DNA from: a virus | Lineage: Duplodnaviria > Caudoviricetes | Virus record (IMG/VR): IMGVR_UViG_3300047565_000101 | Location: 32,001-96,000 of that record | DNA: 64,000 bases | Direction: 5' to 3' (one strand) | Notes under the pieces: model-generated | Seen by the model: the letters and a program-made list of their open reading frames with translations, nothing else | Database searches by the model: none | What the model was told of the DNA's origin: nothing | Made by a program: the position numbers and the translations under genes | Shown: positions 1-9,671 of the stretch, piece after piece | Layout: every line of letters starts with the position of its first letter | Numbering within the stretch: the stretch's first letter is position 1

Positions 1-489
1 ATAGCCAAGGTTAAAGTGTTTCATAGACTCTAGATTAATGCCTCTAGACTCTAGATAATCCCTAGCGCTTTTATTACCAGCTAAATCAGCATGCAGTCTA
101 TCGAGTGTATCCTGTGGGAATTCTTCAAACTCTGGCTTGTCCTCCATTAAGTCTTTTAATGCTTCATCAAATGCGTCTACCTTTGCAGACTCGTAGCCAG
201 CAATATACCTTAATGCCTGAAAATCATTCTTTTGCAAGACACGCTTTACTAGGTCTAATAGTGTCCCTGATTCAGCGCATGAAGGATTAAAGCAGATCCA
301 TGCGCCAGACTCAAGGTTAATGCTGCAGCTTGGGCTATGTGTATTTGAATGAAATGGACAAAAGAATGACATCTCATGGTTAGCCTCATGACTAATATTA
401 AGTCCAAGCGATCTAACTACTGATCGTGTGTGACCTTGGGTGTACTGCGTGGAACTAGCTTCCCTTGTGTTATACCCTCGTATTCCCAT
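1..489 (-). CDS. dnaG: DNA primase, N-terminal part (CHC2 zinc finger); runs off the window edge
   Basis: Manual translation MGIRGY...FFCPFHSNTHSPSCSINLESGAWICFNPSC...ARDYLESRGI...FNLGY; downstream of the helicase. Confidence 0.85.
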   Translation of the reverse strand, partial: MGIRGYNTREASSTQYTQGHTRSVVRSLGLNISHEANHEMSFFCPFHSNTHSPSCSINLESGAWICFNPSCAESGTLLDLVKRVLQKNDFQALRYIAGYESAKVDAFDEALKDLMEDKPEFEEFPQDTLDRLHADLAGNKSARDYLESRGINLESMKHFNLGY

Positions 490-740
490 GCCTTCTTCTT
501 TCCTACGTATATGGCGTAAATGCCTAATTCAAAAAACCATTTATTGTCTTTATGATTGTACTCTGTTATCCAGATTGGGTCAAGGTCTAATACCTTTAAG
601 TATCCCGCATCTCTTATTTGATGTTCAATTGTATTTGTCGCTGCTACTCTTGCCAGTAAAGCATATGAGTCATCTACGAATTCCCCCTCTAAAACAAAAG
701 GCTTAATTACCTTTGTCGTCATTTTGGAATGGGTTTTCAT
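417..740 (-). CDS. hypothetical protein (start may be 722)
   Basis: ORF overlapping both helicase and primase. Confidence 0.6.
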   Translation of the reverse strand: MKTHSKMTTKVIKPFVLEGEFVDDSYALLARVAATNTIEHQIRDAGYLKVLDLDPIWITEYNHKDNKWFFELGIYAIYVGKKKAWEYEGITQGKLVPRSTPKVTHDQ

Positions 741-1947
741 AAATCTCCTTTACAACACCTCTGTTAATATCCCAATCAAGATAAACTGCAAACTCTGATC
801 CATGTCGGTTCTTGCGTGAAACAACCTCAATCATATTTGTTCCAGTATACTTATGAACAGCAATAGCCATATCAGCATCATACTCAATTGCCTTAGACCA
901 TGCAACCTGAGATAGCATTGGTGGAGCATCTTGATCTGTAACATCATCCATGGTTGCTGCAGTAATATCAATTACTGGAATATTATTACTCATAGCAAGC
1001 ATCTTAAACTCACGTGAGATATTCATGTTTCTTTCAGTAGCGCCACCGCTTCGCTTTGTATCTGAGAACAGCTGGTGATAGTCAAGAATAACTAGGTCTG
1101 GCTTATGCTGGTCAATCTTTGCCTGTACTGTATTTGCACTGACTTCACCCATACCTTCGTTTGATACAAGAATAAATCCATTCTTGTTCTCGAACTTCTT
1201 ATTTCCCCATGACTTCAAGTCATCAATATTAATGTCACCCTTAGCAAAGTCACTTGCCTTAAATAGACCAGAGCCCATCATGGTATATATACGGTTACGC
1301 ATATCCTCTGGAGACATTTCGAGAGAAATGATCATAGGCTTAAATCCTTGCTCCCATGCCTTACATGCAAGGTACGATGTAAACCAAGTCTTACCACGCC
1401 CTGGCCATCCAATAGCTACGATCAAGTGTCCTGGTGCCATTCCTGTTGGGTATGCCTTATCAATTGCATCAAATCCAGTAAGAATTCCTGGGCTTCCACC
1501 CATTGCTGCTGATCGCTCCTGCAATGCGATAATATGTCTTTCTGCTGCATCAATATCAGTAACATCTACGTCTCTAACATTGCTTGTAAACTTTGCCAAC
1601 TGAGAAAGCTCATACTGCATTTCAGAGATTACTCTAGATGCAGCATTTTCTTTAATAGCAGAACCGCTTTGAAGGATAATATTCTTCAGGCGAGATGTAA
1701 GAAATTCATTCTTAAGTTTATCTAAGTAGTAGCCAGTCTCAGCCTTTGTATCTACTGGATCAAAGTCTTTAAAGCGCTCCATAAGAACGCCAACTTCTGG
1801 TACAGCCTTAAACTTATAGTAGTAAGCCTTTAATGAATCCCAGATATCCTTATGCGATGTAAATAGGTCATCAACGCTTCCAGCTAATAGTGTGCTGATA
1901 TCCTTGTTCTTGCATACGGATGATATTAGTTCCGCCTCTGTATTCAT
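703..1947 (-). CDS. dnaB: DnaB-like replicative helicase
   Basis: Walker A GWPGRGKT, SLEM, Walker B LVILDYHQL, IEYDAD, KNRHG. Confidence 0.93.
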   Translation of the reverse strand: MNTEAELISSVCKNKDISTLLAGSVDDLFTSHKDIWDSLKAYYYKFKAVPEVGVLMERFKDFDPVDTKAETGYYLDKLKNEFLTSRLKNIILQSGSAIKENAASRVISEMQYELSQLAKFTSNVRDVDVTDIDAAERHIIALQERSAAMGGSPGILTGFDAIDKAYPTGMAPGHLIVAIGWPGRGKTWFTSYLACKAWEQGFKPMIISLEMSPEDMRNRIYTMMGSGLFKASDFAKGDINIDDLKSWGNKKFENKNGFILVSNEGMGEVSANTVQAKIDQHKPDLVILDYHQLFSDTKRSGGATERNMNISREFKMLAMSNNIPVIDITAATMDDVTDQDAPPMLSQVAWSKAIEYDADMAIAVHKYTGTNMIEVVSRKNRHGSEFAVYLDWDINRGVVKEIYENPFQNDDKGN

Positions 1948-2285
1948 TATTCTCCGCCTTCAACTAATAGTTTGGTCGCTTCCATTAACTTGCGACGCTT
2001 TTCCTTATCCTTCAACTGCTCTTTACGCATGGTGTCTAGCTTATCAAAATTGTAAAGAAAAAACAAGAGGGGATGATTTGATTTAGATGTCTTAAAGTAA
2101 TACTCTAAAAGATCCATCCCTGTTTCAAAACCAACGCTATCTATAACATCCTGCATAGCCATCTTGTCTCTGAATTTATTTACAGTAACATTACGGTTAT
2201 ACTTTTGCTTATATAGCTCCTGGTATTTCCACAGCATAATATATGCCTCTTGATTTTTACTTGCCACTCTTAAGCTCTTCCTCAA
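1947..2285 (-). CDS. hypothetical protein (likely GTG start at 2267)
   Basis: Translationally coupled ORF. Confidence 0.65.
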   Translation of the reverse strand: MRKSLRVASKNQEAYIMLWKYQELYKQKYNRNVTVNKFRDKMAMQDVIDSVGFETGMDLLEYYFKTSKSNHPLLFFLYNFDKLDTMRKEQLKDKEKRRKLMEATKLLVEGGE

Positions 2286-2478
2286 CCTCTTGTGTCTTCT
2301 GGATGAGCTTATTTTCTACAAACTTGTATACACGCTCAGTTGCAGAGTCTGTTGTCTCTCCATCACGCACAAAGTCTTCAATACCGATACCGATCTTGAT
2401 ACTCTCATAGTTACCAAGATTACGAGTAAACGATAGGTCTATCTTTACTTTTGTCTCTGACATCATTCCGCCTTCCAT
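2257..2478 (-). CDS. hypothetical protein
   Basis: Coupled ORF in the operon. Confidence 0.65.
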   Translation of the reverse strand: MEGGMMSETKVKIDLSFTRNLGNYESIKIGIGIEDFVRDGETTDSATERVYKFVENKLIQKTQEVEEELKSGK

Positions 2479-2945
2479 ACTGGTACGAAGTTTCCTTCTT
2501 CTGTTTTAGTATACAATATTAAATTGTTTTTGAGAATAGCTCGAAGCTCTGCTTTAGATGGAACCTCGCTGCTATGGCCTGCATCTAATATAAACTGATG
2601 GATATCAATAATATCAGATTCGCTGAGCATATACTTGTACCACTCAGAATCTGGATCCCCAATTGGATAAACCTTTTGAGGAACCTTTACTTTACCGTCT
2701 AGTATATAGTCTTGTATAGTAACCTTATGTTTATTTAATACTACGCCAGCCTGCTTAATTGTGTAAGCAGCCTCCATGTATTTCTCTACCTGAGCATAAG
2801 AATACAACACTCGCTTTTTATCTGGGTAACACCAGGCAATCAGCTCATCCTTAGCTCTTGAACGACTTATTACTTTATGTACTTTATCGTTTAAGAAGAA
2901 ATAGACAAACTTTTTGCGTGTAGGTTTTCTTTTCCTTCTAGCCAT
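2463..2945 (-). CDS. hypothetical protein, possible MerR-like HTH DNA-binding protein
   Basis: Segment YTIKQAGVVLNKHKVTIQDYILDG resembles a wHTH. Confidence 0.5.
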   Translation of the reverse strand: MARRKRKPTRKKFVYFFLNDKVHKVISRSRAKDELIAWCYPDKKRVLYSYAQVEKYMEAAYTIKQAGVVLNKHKVTIQDYILDGKVKVPQKVYPIGDPDSEWYKYMLSESDIIDIHQFILDAGHSSEVPSKAELRAILKNNLILYTKTEEGNFVPVWKAE

Positions 2946-3079
2946 AATCCCATCTTACTAGTAGCCTTATTGATCATCCATCTTTTACCACACATAATGC
3001 AAAATAGCTCTATGTGTAAATTTTGAGAAAATACACGGTCTACAAAAACTCTACCGTTGCACTTTAAACAATTCATCAT
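2891..3079 (-). CDS. small zinc-ribbon protein
   Basis: CLKC...CIMC. Confidence 0.65.
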   Translation of the reverse strand: MMNCLKCNGRVFVDRVFSQNLHIELFCIMCGKRWMINKATSKMGLWLEGKENLHAKSLSISS

Positions 3080-3885
3080 AAGCTAAACTTCTTCCCATCT
3101 ACATAGCATGTATAGTCTTTTGAAATCTCAATAATCTGAATATGTGGCTTATCGCCATTTTCAATATGAGCAATAGCAAAAGCCTTTTGCCAGTTATGAT
3201 TATTGGTGTACTTCATTCCATCGCTGTCTTCGTCGCACATGTGACCAATTTCATATCCACGAAGAGTTTCGCCTTCGCCTTTATTTCTAAGCTGGAATGT
3301 CTGATAAAAAGTACCCGCTCTATGTGAGTGACCACGAATAATAGATACCCCAAAGTTTTCAACATCCTTGCGAACTGATTCGCCAGCATTCTGTGAAATA
3401 GCATTACCATGGTGAACGTGAATATCTCCAAAACGAAGCTTTGGAGCCTCGTTGTAATAGATATATTCATAGCCCAATGTGTCTAATGACCATAATGATT
3501 CTGGAGTTACATCCTTGGCATACTCTGGAAGCTTCTTGTCTAAGTATTCAAAAATTCTAATGTCGTGATTTCCAAGTGCTGAGAATAACTGTGCATTTGG
3601 CAGCATCTCTCTTGTCTTAGCATAGAAGTCTCTTGCGCCCTTAGCCTCATGTCGCATCATAGGAATGATTAAATCCTTGCTATCATCCTTGTGAAGCTGC
3701 ATAAACTCTGCAGATCTTCCTTCTGTATATTTGCTATAGCATGCCTGATCATCAGTATCTCCAAGATAATCTACAACGTCTGGCTTAAACCACTTCATGA
3801 CCTTAAACCACAAAGCAATGGCCTTATCGTCTTGATATGGGAACTGCTGATCGGATGAAAGCATCCACTTTAAATCGTTACTCAT
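3076..3885 (-). CDS. calcineurin-like metallophosphoesterase
   Basis: SDQQ, GDTDD, GNHD, HHG and GHSH motifs. Confidence 0.85.
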   Translation of the reverse strand: MSNDLKWMLSSDQQFPYQDDKAIALWFKVMKWFKPDVVDYLGDTDDQACYSKYTEGRSAEFMQLHKDDSKDLIIPMMRHEAKGARDFYAKTREMLPNAQLFSALGNHDIRIFEYLDKKLPEYAKDVTPESLWSLDTLGYEYIYYNEAPKLRFGDIHVHHGNAISQNAGESVRKDVENFGVSIIRGHSHRAGTFYQTFQLRNKGEGETLRGYEIGHMCDEDSDGMKYTNNHNWQKAFAIAHIENGDKPHIQIIEISKDYTCYVDGKKFSL

Positions 3886-3900
3886 TTTATCCTTTACGTT

Positions 3901-3924
3901 AAAAGGTCACACGAATGTGACCTT
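3901..3924 (-). terminator. putative intrinsic terminator
   Basis: AAGGTCACA-TTCG-TGTGACCTTTT hairpin after the tail operon. Confidence 0.55.
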
Positions 3925-3969
3925 ATAGACTATGCATAGTATAACATAGTTTAGGAACCTGTCAACAGG

Positions 3970-4368
3970 TTAGTATTTTCTTTGTGCAATGTGCCAGTTT
4001 AGCCAAAGCTTAGATAGTTCTAAGTTAGACTTAACTGTTAATGTAAATGTTCCGTTAGCAACACTACTTGGATTAATTGTAATCTGTGCGCCTTTGGTAT
4101 TTGATCCAGGACTTGCAACAACAATAGCTCCATCTGTGAAGTTTGTTACGGCAATAGGCTCTGTAGTAATAGATACGTTAGCCTTTATGTTCTCTAGCGA
4201 TACCCTACCACAATCTGTAGCAACAGTATAATTTGCAGTACCAGTTGAATTCTTCAGCTTTGTTGTTTCTTCAAATAATGTCTTTACGTTTGACTGTAGC
4301 TCCATTAGCTTTTGTGGGTCTAGTGGGGCACCGTCATTGAATGTAACTGGTGTGTATTGGTCTGGCAT
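3970..4368 (-). CDS. hypothetical protein, possibly virion
   Basis: ORF at the end of the tail operon. Confidence 0.6.
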   Translation of the reverse strand: MPDQYTPVTFNDGAPLDPQKLMELQSNVKTLFEETTKLKNSTGTANYTVATDCGRVSLENIKANVSITTEPIAVTNFTDGAIVVASPGSNTKGAQITINPSSVANGTFTLTVKSNLELSKLWLNWHIAQRKY

Positions 4369-4772
4369 TATAGATCTTCTCCTAATTCATGCATATTAGC
4401 TTCTGCATCTGATACCTCTATAAGCTTGGATCTATCTAACCCATACTTACTAAATACATCAGGACTATTAATATGCCGTCTTTTATTTTGAGATACTAAA
4501 TACATTTTACCATCTGCAATGTTCTTTATCAAGGTGCCGTCTCTAAATCCAAGCTTGCCAACAAGCTTAAAGTTGGCTAATGCGGACTCTGCTGCGTTAA
4601 CCGTTGGAAAGCTCCATGACTCAGCAGCACGATCAGATATCAGCTTAAATCGCTTATTGTCTTTAATCCAATAAGTAGCCTTATCTGTTTTAACCGCTAT
4701 TCCAGATGGGAAATTAGTTGGTGATGTTATCAAGATGGGCTGAATATTCTTGCTCTGCCAGAACTTTTGCAT
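4368..4772 (-). CDS. hypothetical protein with an internal two-fold repeat
   Basis: G..VK....TYWI...KRF / GTLIK....MYLV..NKRR repeats. Confidence 0.6.
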   Translation of the reverse strand: MQKFWQSKNIQPILITSPTNFPSGIAVKTDKATYWIKDNKRFKLISDRAAESWSFPTVNAAESALANFKLVGKLGFRDGTLIKNIADGKMYLVSQNKRRHINSPDVFSKYGLDRSKLIEVSDAEANMHELGEDL

Positions 4773-4905
4773 CTCTCTCCTGTACCATTTGTGTAATTTC
4801 TGCTCTTAATACGGCTACCTGTGTCTCATATGAAGAGACGATCTCGCCAATTCTTTGTTGCAATGCAACAATTACAAGCTCATGCTTATCCATGTTACTC
4901 AACAA
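4714..4905 (-). CDS. small coiled-coil protein
   Basis: Coupled ORF. Confidence 0.55.
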   Translation of the reverse strand: MLSNMDKHELVIVALQQRIGEIVSSYETQVAVLRAEITQMVQERDAKVLAEQEYSAHLDNITN

Positions 4906-5119
4906 TCGTTAGGGTAGCTGCTTCTGCTTCTAAAGCAGACTGTCTTGCATTTTCTCTGCTTAGCTGTGCATTAATCCCATCAATAGTATCTTGATTAGGG
5001 TTTTCCACCGCCTGCTCAGCAATTAGGCTAAGCTGTAGATTGTAACGATTAGATACGCATGTTTTAATATGCTGGTTAATCATGTTCATCTTTTCATTAT
5101 CAGTTAATTCTGCTGTCAT
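4895..5119 (-). CDS. hypothetical protein (leaderless start MTAEL)
   Basis: TGGTATAAT lies 6 nt upstream of ATG 5119. Confidence 0.6.
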   Translation of the reverse strand: MTAELTDNEKMNMINQHIKTCVSNRYNLQLSLIAEQAVENPNQDTIDGINAQLSRENARQSALEAEAATLTIVE

Positions 5120-5126
5120 TTTAAAA

Positions 5127-5399
5127 TTATACCACGTCTTCCGTATTTTGAATAGCTCCCCACTTACCAAGCGGGCATGATGCATGCGGAAGCTTTGTCT
5201 TTTCAGTCATAAAACATCCACACTTCTTACATGTCTTTGTAAGCTGGATCAATGAAGGACAAGAAAGACATAGGTTATACCTATAGTCTCTTGTCTCATC
5301 ATCTACGTGCTCAATTTTAGGATTAATTAAATCCCAAGGACGTACAGAGTCTCCAGCATTCTTCTCTTTCCAAAGTTGCCAAGGTGACTTATCTGACAT
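5127..5399 (-). CDS. small Cys-rich protein
   Basis: CxxC, CKKCGC and CPLGKW motifs. Confidence 0.7.
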   Translation of the reverse strand: MSDKSPWQLWKEKNAGDSVRPWDLINPKIEHVDDETRDYRYNLCLSCPSLIQLTKTCKKCGCFMTEKTKLPHASCPLGKWGAIQNTEDVV

Positions 5400-5630
5400 T
5401 TATGCTCCAGGTGTAGGTTCTACTGGTGCTGTAAATTCACCAGTCTCTGCATTGTACCCTGAGCCGACTGAAATATTATGTGACTCAGACGCAAGCTGCT
5501 CTGTTACATTTAGAACGAGTGGATTACTCAAAAAAATTGAGGATAGTCTTTCATCTGTATGAAGAATATCAGCAACCTCTCCATCAACAATAAATGCTAG
5601 CTTGATTGGTGGTAATTCGTTTTCTGCCAT
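5400..5630 (-). CDS. hypothetical protein
   Basis: ORF with AAGGAG RBS. Confidence 0.65.
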   Translation of the reverse strand: MAENELPPIKLAFIVDGEVADILHTDERLSSIFLSNPLVLNVTEQLASESHNISVGSGYNAETGEFTAPVEPTPGA

Positions 5631-5679
5631 GTTATTTCTCCTTTGTTTTATATATTATACTATACTACTTAGATCCTGT

Positions 5680-8280
5680 CTAGCTTGGCAGGATCTGTAA
5701 ATTGTCTACATAATTAGCCTCATTATAAGGGGTATGCATTTTAATAATTCCAGCTGCGACTCCAGATGTGCTAGATGATGGGGCTGACCCAGTAATAGAA
5801 AGCGTGTTTCCAATTTGAGTAGAGCCGTTAAATGCGCTAACTAATATAGAGTTTCCGCTTGTCACAAGAACTAGATTTGGAATATTAACGTATCCAGATG
5901 TGCTAGACGCTACTTGCAATGACCCCTCTTCTGATACAGAAGAGCCATTTGATTTATTTACTTTAATATAACTACTGTAGGTAGATCCAGCTACAGAAAC
6001 TATTGTATTCCATGAATATGTAGTAAAATTAGTTGGAGTACTATCTCTTGTAAACCACTGTTTTCCAGTTACTGTTGTAACTGAATTTGATCTTGTGCTC
6101 CAAGAATATGTTGTTGTAGCGGTTCCAGTAGTGCTTCTCTTATTCCATGAATATGTTGTGTAAGCTGGTGATGATGCTGACCAAAGAGTACCGCTGTAAG
6201 TAGTAGTTGACTGAATAACAGTATAAAAATAGGATCCTGGTGAGCCATAACATTCTCCACATCTAAGACCAACATCTGATGGTCCGTATGGGAGTGTTCC
6301 TGTGGATCCACAACTGCCTCTATTAAATACATACGAGCCACAAAAATAGGTAGTAGATGAAGTACATCCTGTAGAACATCTTTGTCCCTCATTATTTCCA
6401 TATGCAGGACAAGAGCTAAATCCACTAAAACTATCAGAGCATGTTGAAGGTACGGCTGGTGTATATACAGAGTTACATCCACAAACATCACCAGGACCAG
6501 TACCAGATGCTGGGCAACCAGTTGTATTTGATCCACCAGTCTGGTCGCATGCATAGCTTGTTGTTGTTGTAGAAGTACAGTTACAAGCTCCTCCAGGAGT
6601 TTGATTATTACTGTTCGTGCAACTTGACCCACTACTGCCTGGTTCTGTACAAGCATAGTATGTTGTTGAATAGTCAATGCAATTGCAGTATTGACCAGGA
6701 CCAGTACCAAATCCTGAGGACGGGCAAGCTGTACCTACTTCAGATAATGTTGTTGAACATGCATACTCAGAACCAGACTGTGATACGCATCCACATGCAT
6801 CACCAACGTTTGTTCCAATAGTAGGGCAGCCAGTTCTGTTTGAGCCACCAGTGCCAGTACAAGATGTTCCAGATGTAGAAACCTGATTATAGTATGTAGA
6901 TGCTGCCCACCATGAATTTGCAGAAGTTACCCAGAATGCAACTCCATACCCACCGCCATTATTAGGATAATTAAGCCCTCCTATTATGTCATACTTGCCT
7001 CCAGCTTCAATTGCCTGCATTGGATTATCTGTGTAGTTTGATGACACAGATACCGATGAGTATGCTCTATTATTTAATACTGCCCAATAACTTCCATAGT
7101 TTGACCTGCTTGAGTCATACTGCAATCCAGTACTAGTTGTTCCTAATCCACCACTTGCGTTGGATCTATTGAATGTATCGCTCATGTCATCTACATATGC
7201 AGTAATTCCTGGGGAGTAGTAGTAGTAATGAGTAACACCATCGAGTGCAGTTACATCATCTTGTGTATAGAATCTTCTGCTAATATAGGTAAAGTCAGTT
7301 TGTGTGATTGTTCTTGGTGAAGACACTGCAGCTACTGCTAAATCTGTTGTAGTACCACTGCTTGGCACAGATGCACTATTTAAATACACAAGTCTTGTAT
7401 CGACATTTAATGCATTGGAATAAGATCCTGGTGAGCCTTTGTATACGAGAGTTCCAAACTCACCTGTTCCACTTCCCTTTGTTGGGGCAGAATTTTGAGT
7501 AGGGGCAACTGGTGTATTTGTTGAGGTATTTAAAAGATATGCTGGATTTCCTAAATAGCCCTGATAAGTATTACTTACTCCAGTTATTGGTATAACCTTA
7601 AAGTCATAGCTTGTGCTAGGAGAAAGGCTGTCAATTGTTGTATTTGTGCCAGATATAACTTTACTGTAAACATAAGAAGAGTCTACACTTCTCTTATAAT
7701 AAACTAAATACTTTTGTGCATTAGGAGATGATGTCCAGCTAAAAGAAATATCAGTATATGTTATTGTGCCAACTGTTATTACAACATTTTCTGGCCCGTA
7801 TACTGAGGTTGAATCAGATTCATTTGTTGTAGTAGCAGATGGAGATGTTTTTGTAGCCTCGATTACAAATCTATACTTATTTTCAACATTTGGTGATACA
7901 TCAGATGGACTGTCGTCTAATTGATAAGTAACAGTTTCATATGAGCCAACTGATGGATTTACTATATCTAGCCCAGAATCAATTGTGCTCCATGTTGCAC
8001 CAGCATCTATGCTTTTTTCAAATCTATAGTTTAATACATCAGCATTTTCCCAGTGATAATATTTACCAGTTAATGTAATTAGCCATGAAGTTGAATTTGT
8101 GGACTGTGTAATCTCTGAGTCATCTGCTGTACTGGGAACAATTGTAGAGCTGAAGAATAGCTTCCAAGCTCCAGAAACCTTAAGATATCCCTGTGCCACA
8201 TTTTTCCATACACCATCAACTTTTAATTTAATTGAAGCTATGTTTTTCCAAGCTCCATCAACCTTTAGCTTAGCTGTCAA
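5680..8280 (-). CDS. tail fibre / receptor-binding protein with FN3 domains and six Cys4 modules
   Basis: KVDGAWK N-terminal repeats, FN3 motif LSPSTSYDFKV, Cys-rich repeats; last large gene of the tail operon. Confidence 0.7.
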   Translation of the reverse strand: MTAKLKVDGAWKNIASIKLKVDGVWKNVAQGYLKVSGAWKLFFSSTIVPSTADDSEITQSTNSTSWLITLTGKYYHWENADVLNYRFEKSIDAGATWSTIDSGLDIVNPSVGSYETVTYQLDDSPSDVSPNVENKYRFVIEATKTSPSATTTNESDSTSVYGPENVVITVGTITYTDISFSWTSSPNAQKYLVYYKRSVDSSYVYSKVISGTNTTIDSLSPSTSYDFKVIPITGVSNTYQGYLGNPAYLLNTSTNTPVAPTQNSAPTKGSGTGEFGTLVYKGSPGSYSNALNVDTRLVYLNSASVPSSGTTTDLAVAAVSSPRTITQTDFTYISRRFYTQDDVTALDGVTHYYYYSPGITAYVDDMSDTFNRSNASGGLGTTSTGLQYDSSRSNYGSYWAVLNNRAYSSVSVSSNYTDNPMQAIEAGGKYDIIGGLNYPNNGGGYGVAFWVTSANSWWAASTYYNQVSTSGTSCTGTGGSNRTGCPTIGTNVGDACGCVSQSGSEYACSTTLSEVGTACPSSGFGTGPGQYCNCIDYSTTYYACTEPGSSGSSCTNSNNQTPGGACNCTSTTTTSYACDQTGGSNTTGCPASGTGPGDVCGCNSVYTPAVPSTCSDSFSGFSSCPAYGNNEGQRCSTGCTSSTTYFCGSYVFNRGSCGSTGTLPYGPSDVGLRCGECYGSPGSYFYTVIQSTTTYSGTLWSASSPAYTTYSWNKRSTTGTATTTYSWSTRSNSVTTVTGKQWFTRDSTPTNFTTYSWNTIVSVAGSTYSSYIKVNKSNGSSVSEEGSLQVASSTSGYVNIPNLVLVTSGNSILVSAFNGSTQIGNTLSITGSAPSSSTSGVAAGIIKMHTPYNEANYVDNLQILPS

Positions 8281-8281
8281 T

Positions 8282-9670
8282 TTATGAAGTCCAAACTAAT
8301 AGCACATCGCCATTTGAGCTTCTATCTGTTAAATAAACACTGGAGTCAGCCGTAAATCCACCCTGTGTAATGGTATACATATTTCTAAGACCCCCTGAAT
8401 TAACATTTGCAGTACCAGCTACTTGAGCAGATTTTGCTACCTCAACCTGTCTTCCAGACTCATCTCCAAGATATACTCTACCCCCATTTGTTGAATCTGT
8501 TGTTAATATGTTTGTTCCAGCGATAAAATCTTTTATTTGGAAAGATGATCCAGTAGATGAGATTACAATGTCTGAGCTTAAAAATATGTTTCCTCCATTA
8601 ATCATAGAGATTGTTGCGCTATTACTAATTGAAATAAGAGCTCCGTCATCAGTAATCAACCAGCCATCTGTGTCAGATCCTATGTATCCAGATGTAGCAT
8701 TTACCGTACCAGTAATAGTTAGATCTGTTCCGTCCCATGTCATATTCTTATCTGTTGTTCCGACTTTAAATACACCAGTGTTATACCAATAATTGTCTGT
8801 ACCCATGTAAAGACCATCATTTGTACTGTTTACATTTGTTCCGATCTTCATGCTACCAGCCGACATATATCCGCTAAATTCTCCAGCTGTCGCTGTGATT
8901 GTTCCCTTAATTGAAAGATCGCCATTAGTGTCAAATGATAATATTGCGCCAGCTACTGTTCCGCCTGATCCAAATACTTCAAGAGGATTACCAGTTCCAC
9001 GAATAATTACGTGCTTGCCAGAGGTTGAACCTACTGTAATTGTTGAGCTTGAGCTAAGAGTTCCAGTTGCAATCTTGTCAGCTGTTACAGTTATAATTCC
9101 GCTATTAGAAACTTTGCCAACTCTTACTGGGTTTCCTGTTGCAGCAACTGCTGATGATGCGTCACCAGCTCTATTGAAAGCAACGATTTTAATATAGTAA
9201 TCAACATCATACGATATCGTTAGTGATCCATTAACAACTGTATCTACTCCTAGATAGACAGAGTTATTATTATTTGCAAAATCTAATACATCAACAAAGT
9301 TAGCACTAGGACCAGAATCTGCTGGTGTAAATGAAGAAGATGTGCCAATATAAATCTTTGCATAGTCAGACTGATTTGACTGATTTGCACCAGTTGAAGT
9401 CTTTCCATTCCAAGATACTTCAATTGCACCTAGGACTGGTCTTACCGTTGGTGTTGATGGGTCTGATGGTGCAGCTAGCTCTATCGCTGGGACTTCTACA
9501 TTTTTAACAGCTGACCAATTGCTAAATGTGCCATCTTTATATTTCCATCTAAATTGAATTGGGTATGCGTCTGCTACATCCGTTAGAGCAAGGTCAGTAA
9601 TAGTAACATTAAAATAGTTACCATTTTCAAATGACTCAGAGGTGTCTTTTAGCAGATCTTCATATGCCAT
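8282..9670 (-). CDS. minor tail protein (FN3-like plus beta-rich fibre)
   Basis: Position, G/S/T-rich sequence, VTADKIATGT motif. Confidence 0.65.
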   Translation of the reverse strand: MAYEDLLKDTSESFENGNYFNVTITDLALTDVADAYPIQFRWKYKDGTFSNWSAVKNVEVPAIELAAPSDPSTPTVRPVLGAIEVSWNGKTSTGANQSNQSDYAKIYIGTSSSFTPADSGPSANFVDVLDFANNNNSVYLGVDTVVNGSLTISYDVDYYIKIVAFNRAGDASSAVAATGNPVRVGKVSNSGIITVTADKIATGTLSSSSTITVGSTSGKHVIIRGTGNPLEVFGSGGTVAGAILSFDTNGDLSIKGTITATAGEFSGYMSAGSMKIGTNVNSTNDGLYMGTDNYWYNTGVFKVGTTDKNMTWDGTDLTITGTVNATSGYIGSDTDGWLITDDGALISISNSATISMINGGNIFLSSDIVISSTGSSFQIKDFIAGTNILTTDSTNGGRVYLGDESGRQVEVAKSAQVAGTANVNSGGLRNMYTITQGGFTADSSVYLTDRSSNGDVLLVWTS

Positions 9671-9671
9671 A

